A stretch of 20,000 bases of DNA. Origin: an uncultured virus (IMG/VR IMGVR_UViG_3300040751_001717) (lineage: Duplodnaviria; Heunggongvirae; Uroviricota; Caudoviricetes). Below are positions 6,339 to 15,300 of this stretch, in pieces. The position numbers and the translations under genes were made by a program. The notes beneath the pieces are model-generated. The model had not been told where the DNA came from. It made no database searches and saw nothing but the letters and a program-made list of their open reading frames with translations. Each line of letters starts with the position of its first letter. The stretch's first letter is position 1. The stretch lies in the IMG/VR virus record IMGVR_UViG_3300040751_001717; one strand, given 5' to 3'.

Positions 6339-9300
6339 TGAAAAAAGTTAAAATCAATAAGCTACCTAAAGGTTATCATAGAATGCCTGACGGTACTATT
6401 ATGAGAGATTCCGATCACAAGAAGTATGGTGGGAATACTCTATCACAAGGTAGTGGTCCTTTTAATCTAGAAGCAGAAGGAGGAGAAACTATTGTTACTG
6501 ATAAAACAGGTAATGGTATACCTGAACTTTATAAAATTGTTGGTCCGAGACACAGTCAGGGTGGAGTTAAAATGAATGAGAGCGCCGGCTCATTTATTTA
6601 TTCTGATACACCTAAGATGAAATTAGGTAAAGAGTTAAATAAGTTCTTTGGTAAGTCTGATAAGAAAGCTTATACTCCTGCTGAGTTGTCTAAGCAATAC
6701 CTAGATATGAATGAAGACAAGCTAACTCTAATGGACGAGAATGCAGATAGATATGCATTAGCTTCAGCTGAGATGAACTTGTTTAATAAAACATATAAGC
6801 TTGGTGGTCTTGCAATGGCGCAAGAAGCTAAGAAGAATTTTGAAGACGGTATTCCGCAGATTGCAAATCTTTACGCATCTATGAATGGTATACCTACTGG
6901 AGATTCTACAATGCCTGCGGGTATGCAAACTGCAAAGTATGGTAAACAAGTAGGTTATCCTAAGTACCAAGATAATGGTCAGGTTCAAGCTGATACAACA
7001 GGTTTAAGTGCTTTTTTAGAGCAAGCAAATGCAGTTAATGATACTATACAAATACCCCAAGTTGATGTTACAGCTATGGACTGGAGCAGGCAACCAAAGG
7101 TGGGGGATAGATATTACGTTAATTCAGAGCCTGTAAGTATAAGTAAAATTAAACCAGATCGTTGGTATGATTATATATCTCCAAACTGGCTGTCAGATCC
7201 GGGCGGTATATACTTTAATGACGAAAGCGGAACTGAGTTTTATCTTCCTGTTGATGAGTTTAATAGTGTAAAACAAGGAAAACCTCAAGAAAAATACGGC
7301 AGAGATGATGATTCAGACTGGAGAGCTTTTGCAGGTTTTAAAGGTCAACAAGATCCTTATACAAAATATATATTTTCTAGAAGTAGTACGGATGCTGAAG
7401 GCAACCGCTACCTTCCAGAATACGAAATTGGAGATACCGGTATTAAACAAGGAACTATCGTTGAAGGACCGGATGGTAAATTTATGGTACAAGATCCTTT
7501 TGCTATGCCGAAGGAAGCATTCTATATGCCTAATTGGTTAACTGAAGCCGTAACTCTTGGTTCATATTCTCCTAAAGCTAGCGGATATAAAATTGATCCA
7601 GAAACCGGAGAGCAATCAGACGAAATGATAGCACTAGACATAGATAAGATGGCTAGGTTATATAAGCAGGGTTTGATGAGTATTGATGATAAGCTAATGG
7701 GTACGTTAACAGAAGAGCAGCAAGAAGAGCTCACTCAAGCTATTAACGAGCAATCTGGTAGCGAACAATCTGCTATTGGTAATGCTACCGGAAGTAACAG
7801 GTACGGAGGTCCTGTAAAAAAACAAGGCGGTGGTCAACTAACATTAGAAGAAGCAAAAAATCAAGGGACACTTGTTAAAGAGGAAAATGGTTTTGCTGCT
7901 TATAATGTATCAGGTAAAGTATACGTTTATAAGGATGGTGTTTTAGTTTCTGTTGATGGGCAAACTATTTCTCAAAATGTTGCTACAACTCCTCCACCGG
8001 CTAATAATACTCCACCAACACCACCAGCTAATAACACTGCACCAAGTGCACCCAGCACACCGTCTACACCTTCCGGAGGTTCTGGAAGCTCTAGTGGTTC
8101 TATGAACAACAGTGCAGTTGATGAGGATTTAGATGCTCAATTGAGAGCTGCCGGTGTTATTATTAATGACGTAGGTATTGGTGAAACAAGATATGATGAT
8201 GTTCAGCGATCTCAAGGTCAAGGTAGATATGGAGATGCTAGTAAAAATGAAGGTGGGTTCCAACAAGTTTGGAGCACAGAAGATGCATTGAACAGCTATC
8301 CTGAAACACAATCTCTTTTCGATTCTTTACCTAATTACGGAACTGGTGAACAAAATCCAGAAGTTGCAAAATTCCAGAGATGGTTTAATGAGGTATATTT
8401 AAATACTGTAGCAGATGCAATGGCAACAGATGCTCAAGAGGCGGGCAGAGAATTTGATAGAGATGGTGTTTATAATATACTTGTAGAATCAAGAGGCTTT
8501 AATGAAACAGCTCCTGGTCAAGGTTATGATGGTCTGTGGGGTACGTTTACTTCATCTAGAAGACCGATTAGCTGGGAGTTTGTACCTATGGAAATTCCAC
8601 CAGATGAGATTCCACCAGATGAAATCCCTCCAGCTGAAATACCATCAGATAAAATACCACCTAAAGTTCCTCCATTTATTCAAGATAGAATGCAGCTTGC
8701 AGGTCTTGCTGCTATTAGAGGAAGAAATGAAATGTTACCAGCGTGGGCACCTAGAGTGGAAACACCTTTGATGAAAGGACCATTCCTAGATCCTACTAAC
8801 GTTAATGCTAATATTCAGGCTTCTGCATCTCAAGCAATTCAAGGATCTAATATGTTTGCAGGCAGCCCTTCTATTGGAAGAGCTACAGGTATGGGTATTC
8901 AAGCTAAAGCTTCAGAACAAATTGCTAAGAACATAGCAGATGTAGAAAACAAAAATGTAGCTTTGGCCGGTAACTACGCATCTCAAAACAGAGACGCATT
9001 GATGCGAGGTAATGCAGCTAATGCTCAACTAGCAGCTGGAGAGTATGCAGCAAACAATCAAGCGCGTGATATATTTAATATGAGAAATGCACAGCTTGAT
9101 GCTGCTAATACAGATGCATGGAAAAACTTGATGACAAACTGGGCAAACGCTAGAAATATTAGTGCACTTACAGATCCTTTCTATTTAGATACAGATATGG
9201 GTGGGGTATATCAGTTAACACCAGGATATAGAGCAGATCTTAATAGACCTTCTGGTACTCCTGGAATGAATTATGCTGAATTTGCTTCTGATCCTACATT

Positions 9301-9526
9301 ACAAGGACTAAGTGAAGAAAACAAGCAAAAGCTTTTCTTAGAGCGCTATGGTAATAAACCTCAACTGTCTTATAATTATGGTACTACACCTCAAGCGCAG
9401 ATGCTTCAAAATGCTACAGCATTTATGCCTATGCCTTACATGGGATATCAAGTAGGACCTATGGGACAGCAAGTACAAATGCAAAAAAGAGGTGGGACTA
9501 ACAAAAGAAAAAGGAGAGGTTACTAA
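6338..9526 (+). CDS. Phage virion/cargo protein (1062 aa) with N-terminal EAEGGE...GPRHSQGGV domain
   Basis: ORF track. TAATG overlap with the ORF2 stop. The EAEGGE (6470-6487) / GPRHSQGGV (6542-6568) / FIYSD / TPAELSK motif set resembles internal virion proteins of crAss-like phages (recalled, not searched). Has Pro-rich linkers and an Ala/Asn/Gln-rich helical C-terminal part. Confidence 0.88.
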   Translation: MKKVKINKLPKGYHRMPDGTIMRDSDHKKYGGNTLSQGSGPFNLEAEGGETIVTDKTGNGIPELYKIVGPRHSQGGVKMNESAGSFIYSDTPKMKLGKELNKFFGKSDKKAYTPAELSKQYLDMNEDKLTLMDENADRYALASAEMNLFNKTYKLGGLAMAQEAKKNFEDGIPQIANLYASMNGIPTGDSTMPAGMQTAKYGKQVGYPKYQDNGQVQADTTGLSAFLEQANAVNDTIQIPQVDVTAMDWSRQPKVGDRYYVNSEPVSISKIKPDRWYDYISPNWLSDPGGIYFNDESGTEFYLPVDEFNSVKQGKPQEKYGRDDDSDWRAFAGFKGQQDPYTKYIFSRSSTDAEGNRYLPEYEIGDTGIKQGTIVEGPDGKFMVQDPFAMPKEAFYMPNWLTEAVTLGSYSPKASGYKIDPETGEQSDEMIALDIDKMARLYKQGLMSIDDKLMGTLTEEQQEELTQAINEQSGSEQSAIGNATGSNRYGGPVKKQGGGQLTLEEAKNQGTLVKEENGFAAYNVSGKVYVYKDGVLVSVDGQTISQNVATTPPPANNTPPTPPANNTAPSAPSTPSTPSGGSGSSSGSMNNSAVDEDLDAQLRAAGVIINDVGIGETRYDDVQRSQGQGRYGDASKNEGGFQQVWSTEDALNSYPETQSLFDSLPNYGTGEQNPEVAKFQRWFNEVYLNTVADAMATDAQEAGREFDRDGVYNILVESRGFNETAPGQGYDGLWGTFTSSRRPISWEFVPMEIPPDEIPPDEIPPAEIPSDKIPPKVPPFIQDRMQLAGLAAIRGRNEMLPAWAPRVETPLMKGPFLDPTNVNANIQASASQAIQGSNMFAGSPSIGRATGMGIQAKASEQIAKNIADVENKNVALAGNYASQNRDALMRGNAANAQLAAGEYAANNQARDIFNMRNAQLDAANTDAWKNLMTNWANARNISALTDPFYLDTDMGGVYQLTPGYRADLNRPSGTPGMNYAEFASDPTLQGLSEENKQKLFLERYGNKPQLSYNYGTTPQAQMLQNATAFMPMPYMGYQVGPMGQQVQMQKRGGTNKRKRRGY
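7985..8101 (+). repeat. Low-complexity Pro/Thr/Ser/Gly linker in ORF3
   Basis: Encodes TTPPPANNTPPTPPANNTAPSAPSTPSTPSGGSGSSSGS, with duplicated PPANNT and PST units. Confidence 0.75.
8591..8674 (+). repeat. 15-bp degenerate in-frame tandem repeat (EIPPD x5) in ORF3
   Basis: GAAATTCCACCAGAT / GAGATTCCACCAGAT / GAAATCCCTCCAGCT / GAAATACCATCAGAT / AAAATACCACCTAAA, then GTTCCTCCA. Confidence 0.9.
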
Positions 9527-9567
9527 ACCTTAAGGGTTTACTAAACCTTGAAAATTTTATGTATATT
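9518..9567 (+). promoter_or_regulatory. Nested direct/inverted repeat plus promoter-like motif upstream of ORF4
   Basis: TTACTAAACCTT occurs exactly at 9520-9531 and 9538-9549. Inverted pairs TAAACC-N5-GGTTTA (9524-9540) and GGTTTA-C-TAAACC (9535-9547) are present, then AAAATTTT (9551-9558) and TTTTATGTATATT (9555-9567). Confidence 0.55.
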
Positions 9568-9581
9568 GTTGATATATAATT

Positions 9582-12320
9582 ATGAAGAAGTACCAACAAG
9601 GTGGAGGTTTAATTGCAGTACCGCAGGCGTTCCGACCTGACTTTGATTTTTTATACAAAGTAGGTAAGGAAAGACAGACACGTTATAATGCTGCTGAAAG
9701 AGAGCTTGGAGGTATATATTCTTCATTGCTGAACTCTCCATTAACACACGAGGATAATAATCAGAGAAGGGATACTTGGTTTAAATCAAGTCAAGCTGCT
9801 CTTGATCAGATTACAGGATTAGATCTTAGTTTACAGAGTAACCTTAGATCTGCTAAAGATGTATTTGATCCGATTATCGAGGATAAGTATATTGCTCACG
9901 ATATGGCATGGTCTAAAAGACTATCGCAAGAAGCTCGTAAAGCAGAAATGTACAAAACATCTGATGATCCTGCTGTTAGATCTAAAGCGTGGACATATGG
10001 TGACGCCTATTTAAATATTCAGAGAGAGCGTTTTGCTGGGTCATCATTAGATGAAACTCTTAATATGGGAGCACCTAGATATGTAAGTCAGGTGGACATC
10101 CAAGGATTAGCTAGTGAAACGGTTAAAAAATTCTTTGGAGACGAAGCTCTTCTTTCAACTACTGTTAATGGAGGTTGGGTTGTAAAAACTAAGAACGGTC
10201 CTGTTGTATATGATCAAATGAATGCATTAATACATAATGCTATACAAAATGATCCTGCGGTAAGGGATATGTACAGAGTGATGTACGAAGTAAACGAAGA
10301 TCAGTTTATTAAAAGTTCTGGGTTTGCTTCTGCAGATGAAGCTCGTTTAGCATTTGCTGAACAAGTTATTTCAGATAATGAAGAAGTAGTAATCAGAGAC
10401 TTCTATGGTAAACAAAGAGCTATACAAGATCTTACTGAAGGAATTAACTTAAAGAGAAGTGAGTTTAAGAAGACAGGCGTTGTACCCGGTTCAAGTAAAC
10501 ATAGAGAAGTTTTAGATCAGCTTGCTATTCTTTCAGGTTTAAAGAACTCTCCACTAAGTAGTGAAGATGAACGAGCAATCGGAACCCCTGCTGAATCTAT
10601 AATGGACATGCGTAATAAAGCGCTTTCTGTTTTTGCAGGAGCATCTTCTATTAAGGATGCTCAGAATGCAGCTAGACTTACAGCAAGTAAAGGTTACTCT
10701 GTTGATGTTGATGAAAATGAATACGGACTAATTAGTGCCCGTGCAAAAGCAGAGGCTGATCTTGCAAAACTCAAATCACAGCTTAGTGTTTGGGAAGCTT
10801 GGAATAAACCACAAACAAGTGGTACCAAAGGTAAAGGCACAGGTACAAATCTTACTGGAGCAGATATTGGTTTACCTGGTGGTGTAGGTGTTGAAACAGC
10901 TCCTGCGGGAGGAACTCCTGTTGTAGAAATGAGTGCAGGACAAATGAATGAGGAAGCAATCTCTACCTATACTAATCAAGTATTAGGGGATATGACCACA
11001 TTTATTCAAAAGTATTCTATTGCCGCTGGAAAAAATACTGTAGTACTACCGGATGGTAATCAAATTGCATTTAGAGATTTACCTGCCCTAATGAATACAC
11101 GAGAGGGTAGAGATCTTATCATATCTACCTATGGTGATATGCAAAAAAAATCAAGAACTTTATTTAAAGACAACGTAGAGCTAGCAACATTAAGAGCAAG
11201 TCTCGAAGTTAACGGAGCTCAGCTTAGTCAGATTACTGATGAGGCAAATGCAGCAGACAGAAATATTGCACAGTCTTGGTTAAGTATAAACCGAGGTGCA
11301 CTTACTAAAGCACATCAGCAACTATTTATCAATCCTAACACAGGTAGACCGGTATCTCTTGATAGCTACATCACGATGTATGCTCAAGCAAACTATGAAA
11401 CCGTTGAAGATGCTGTAGATGATGCAACAGACGAGTATGCAGAATTGATGGAGCGCTACACGGAGTTCTATAACAGAAACGCTACTTACTCTGCGTATAA
11501 TTCATTTAGTGGTGGAGACGGTACTACAGGTGGTTTAGGTACAGGGTCTGGCAGTTTCCCTGCGTTTACTACTACATTTAGTGGAAGCAACTTAAACCCT
11601 GAGTCTGTTAACATGCTCAAAGATTTGAATATCAGCTTAACTGCAGCAGATAGATTTGGTGGTCAAGTGATTTATCAAGCAGGTGGTCTAGCTGAAGTTG
11701 GTGAAAACAGTGCTGAATTACAACAGCTATACCAAAGAATTATGGCTGACGTTATTTCAAGACAAGGTGATTCTGATGCTCCTGTGTTTACAATGAAGTA
11801 TCAATCCGTTGCTGGAGGTGATGGTTCTAAAGCAGGTTATCAAATTACACTTGATTCTGAGTATCTAAAAAAATGGACGGACGGTGATGATGATGCTGCT
11901 AAGCTTCTCGCTAATAGCAACATGCAAGATCTCACTTTCTCCATTGTATTTGATAAAGACTACGATCGTAGCAACTACCGTTACACTAATCAAAGAGTTG
12001 ATGGTGTTCAATCACAACTAGCAAGCAGTGGTGATGGTAATCTTTATTATGAAGGTCCTTATGGTTCATCAGTAAGATTTACCCAGATGGCGGATGGTAG
12101 CACTAGAGTTATGACTCGATTTGGTGCACTTGATCCTAAAACAGGTGAACTTACTTTTGTTGAAGGAAGTAGAATGATTATGGGCGGTCCTGGTATATTT
12201 GAATCAGAACTTGCTGACTTTAATAGTAAAGTCACTCAAATAGCTAAACAAAACGAAGCACTACAAAAAACCATCAATGATCAGTTAGGTACTAAGAACG
12301 TTGATGAAGTAATGCCATAA
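9582..12320 (+). CDS. Phage virion/cargo (putative ejection) protein, 912 aa
   Basis: ORF track. Starts MKKYQQGGG, followed by a predicted helical N-terminal region (FRPDFDFLY...YSSLLNSPLT...GLDLSLQSN) and Gly-rich linkers. It lies between other large virion-type genes. No enzymatic motif was recognised. Confidence 0.88.
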   Translation: MKKYQQGGGLIAVPQAFRPDFDFLYKVGKERQTRYNAAERELGGIYSSLLNSPLTHEDNNQRRDTWFKSSQAALDQITGLDLSLQSNLRSAKDVFDPIIEDKYIAHDMAWSKRLSQEARKAEMYKTSDDPAVRSKAWTYGDAYLNIQRERFAGSSLDETLNMGAPRYVSQVDIQGLASETVKKFFGDEALLSTTVNGGWVVKTKNGPVVYDQMNALIHNAIQNDPAVRDMYRVMYEVNEDQFIKSSGFASADEARLAFAEQVISDNEEVVIRDFYGKQRAIQDLTEGINLKRSEFKKTGVVPGSSKHREVLDQLAILSGLKNSPLSSEDERAIGTPAESIMDMRNKALSVFAGASSIKDAQNAARLTASKGYSVDVDENEYGLISARAKAEADLAKLKSQLSVWEAWNKPQTSGTKGKGTGTNLTGADIGLPGGVGVETAPAGGTPVVEMSAGQMNEEAISTYTNQVLGDMTTFIQKYSIAAGKNTVVLPDGNQIAFRDLPALMNTREGRDLIISTYGDMQKKSRTLFKDNVELATLRASLEVNGAQLSQITDEANAADRNIAQSWLSINRGALTKAHQQLFINPNTGRPVSLDSYITMYAQANYETVEDAVDDATDEYAELMERYTEFYNRNATYSAYNSFSGGDGTTGGLGTGSGSFPAFTTTFSGSNLNPESVNMLKDLNISLTAADRFGGQVIYQAGGLAEVGENSAELQQLYQRIMADVISRQGDSDAPVFTMKYQSVAGGDGSKAGYQITLDSEYLKKWTDGDDDAAKLLANSNMQDLTFSIVFDKDYDRSNYRYTNQRVDGVQSQLASSGDGNLYYEGPYGSSVRFTQMADGSTRVMTRFGALDPKTGELTFVEGSRMIMGGPGIFESELADFNSKVTQIAKQNEALQKTINDQLGTKNVDEVMP

Positions 12321-12332
12321 CTTTAGGTTGTA

Positions 12333-15300
12333 ATGATAGATTTCAATACCGGTTTCGGGGCACCTCTTAATGATGATGCACCTCAAATGAGTCAGCTTAA
12401 TGAAATGTCTGCAATTCAGAATGCAGATAGAATTTATACTACATTTCAAAACACAGGATTAAGTTCTTTTGGAGATCAACAATCTCTGCAATCAAACCCT
12501 GTTACATTTGCTCAGAATCTTTTAGATCGTCCGGTACAAACACAGTCCTTTCAACCAGCTGGTTATCAGGATCCTATATTCTATAGCAAAGAAAAACTAA
12601 ACTTTGATAGATATTACAACCATCCTAAGTATAACACTTTAGGCTTTCATCCATTTAGAGATAACGAAACCTATTACAACGAGAACTCACACTGGACCGA
12701 TGATTACGTTAGAATGGGTAGTCAGTTCGGTACGCTGTTTGCATCTGGTTTTGTATCAACATACGATACAATAGGTGACATCTTTACTGGTAACAACCTT
12801 GCATTTGATGATGATATATCGCGAGCATATGAAAAAGCATCAGCAATTGGGACAAGTAGTAGAGGTGGTCTTGTGGGTTTCGGCAATAATCTATTGCTTA
12901 ACTCTGCTTACACTCTCGGTATTGTAACAGAATTTGCATTAACAGAATTAGCACTAGCTGGTATTACAGCAGCTACCGGAGGTGGTGCAGCCCCAGCTAC
13001 AGGAGCAGCAGCTATTGGTAAAGCTGGACAGTTCGGTCGAGCTGTCACCAATGTGTGGGATGTATTTAAAGCAACCAACAGTGTAGCTAGGATGCGACAA
13101 GCAGCTTCTGCAGCTAAAGATGCAGGTAAAATGCGTCAGTTCTTTACTGCAGTTGGCACTGGTTTAAATCCTCTTGAGAATACTATTTCGTTTGGTAAGT
13201 CACTACTGACTACTGAGAGTGAGCTATCTAAGATGAGTAATCTTGCAAAGGCAAGCACTGGTTTTGGTTCATTCTATAGAGATGTTAAAAAGACATCGAT
13301 GGCATGGTCTGAATCAAAGCTTGAAGCAGGTATGGTTGAGGCTGATGTTCGTAAGACACTAACAGATCAGTACATTCAAGATAATGGTTTTGCGCCTGTA
13401 GGTGAAGATGCTCAAAGAATTAGTGAGCTATCATATAGCTCAGGTCTTACCACAGCAATGTATAACTTCCCGTTAATTTATGGTACTAATGCTATTACAT
13501 TCGGTACACTCTTTAAGGGTTATAAACCGCTGAAGGAAGCAGCAGAACTTGCAGGTGATGTAGGTGTAGGTAAATCTATGCGCAGAACTGCAGCTAAAGG
13601 AGTGTTGTTTGAAGACATGCCTGGTAAGGCTAAACAATTTGTAGAGCTGTTTACTAAACCATCTGTATCTAGAACGTTCGGATATGTTGGTAGATATACT
13701 TCTGCTAACTTCTCGGAAGGTTTACAAGAAATTGGACAAGAGATTATTGCCGGTGCTGCTAAAGATTACTATGAAAATCTATTTGATTCTCCAGCATATG
13801 CTCAAGGTAGAGCTTGGTCTGATTCATTAGCGAAAGCAACTAAAGATCAGATGAGTGCTCAAGGACTTGAAGTATTCTTCTCAGGTTTCTTAATGGGTGG
13901 TGTTGCTGGACCTTACACTAAAATGCTTTATGGTATCCCTAATGTTATTCAGAGAATGCAGGATCCTAAAGCTTACAAACAACGTAAGGCTGAAATCAAA
14001 GCATACAAAGCAGAAATTCTTAAAGCTGCTAATGAGATAGGTGCTGATCCTGATGCATTCTACAATGCAATGTACCTAGAGATGGCAAGACAAAAAGAGC
14101 TTGGTGACATGGCTCTTACTGCTGCTATGGAAAATAATCAGCATGCTTTCCAAAACATTAAAGATGCTTCTGCATTCGATAGAGCATTTGCACTAATGAA
14201 ATCAGGTGCTTTGAACGAGCACGTAGACTTCTTGCGTTCTATGAAAGATCTTAGTGCAGAAGAACTTAAGGATGCTTTCCCGCAATTAGCTGGTAAGTCA
14301 CAAGAAGAAACACTTGCTAAAGTAGATGAACTAATTGATCGCTTTGAAAAATTAGGTAAGGACTATGTAGCAGACATGCAAGGTTTCCAGAACCCTTACA
14401 AACCTCACTTATATAAAGAGGATAAAGCTAAATACAGAAACGAAAAGTTAAAGTATGAAACCTGGGAAGAGCTAAGAAGACAGCGTTTGTTCTACAAAGA
14501 CTCTGCAGAGCGTCATCTTGATCGTATTGAATCAATGATGAACGTAGCTAAAGAAGATCCGGTTGTAGGAAACATGGCATTCTCAGATTACGCTTTACTC
14601 TTTGATGAGAAAGCACTTGTAAATGAGATTGACAATCTAAACGCTGAGCTAGAGATTGAAGCTACAACAGATGAGCAAAAAGAACTACTTGCTAAAAAAC
14701 AAGAAAGAGTTGCTGCTTTGAATCGTCTGAAAGATTCTTTAGGTAAAAGAAAGAAAGACGGTACGTTTGATAGAAGATATAACAAGCAATTGTTTGACTC
14801 TTATCTAAACTTCCTAAACACGATAAGCGAAACCCCGGTTGATGAGGGTAAAGCTAAAAAGACTTTTGAATTAGTAAAGGATGCTCACAACCTTAGAGAT
14901 GATGCAGTATTGTACCAAGAGATGTACAACATGCTGGCAGATCCTCAAGGGTCTTTCTACTCTGCTACTGCTAGTAAAGTAAAGAGCATTCTAGAGGGGG
15001 TTCAAGAAGAGCAGGTTAAGAATCTAAACAAGGTACTTGATAACTTAGAAGTTACTCATGAAGATAAAGCGTTCCTTGAAATGCTTGCAAGAGCAGGGGT
15101 TGTCGTATCTAAAGAAGATCTAGATGATTTCCTAAAGAGAGGTAAAGTTCCTACTCGCTTGATGGATGCTAAGGATACTAGCAAAGAGATAGATCCTAAA
15201 AGCGAACTGTATCAGCAGGCAATTGCTTTAATAAGCTTACACGCTGCTCAGAAAAACAGAACTACAACTGAAGAAACTAAAACGGAAGCGGAAGGAGCTA

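Noticed and set aside
8591..8674. 15-bp repeat as a CRISPR array or DNA-level element
   Set aside because: There are no spacers, the units are in frame and vary largely at synonymous sites, and it encodes an EIPPD linker.
3360..8771. Short alternative-frame + strand ORFs (3360-3563, 4524-4715, 7305-7541, 8502-8771)
   Set aside because: They overlap long CDSs in another frame and have no recognisable motifs, which is typical of shadow ORFs.
9524..9558. Rho-independent terminator after ORF3
   Set aside because: The stems are short and AT-rich and no U-tract directly follows a stem, so it is kept as a possible regulatory element instead.
11874..11900. WTDGDDDA in ORF4 as an RNA polymerase DxDGD catalytic motif
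   Set aside because: It does not match the (N)ADFDGD/DFDID pattern or its context, and is more likely an acidic loop.
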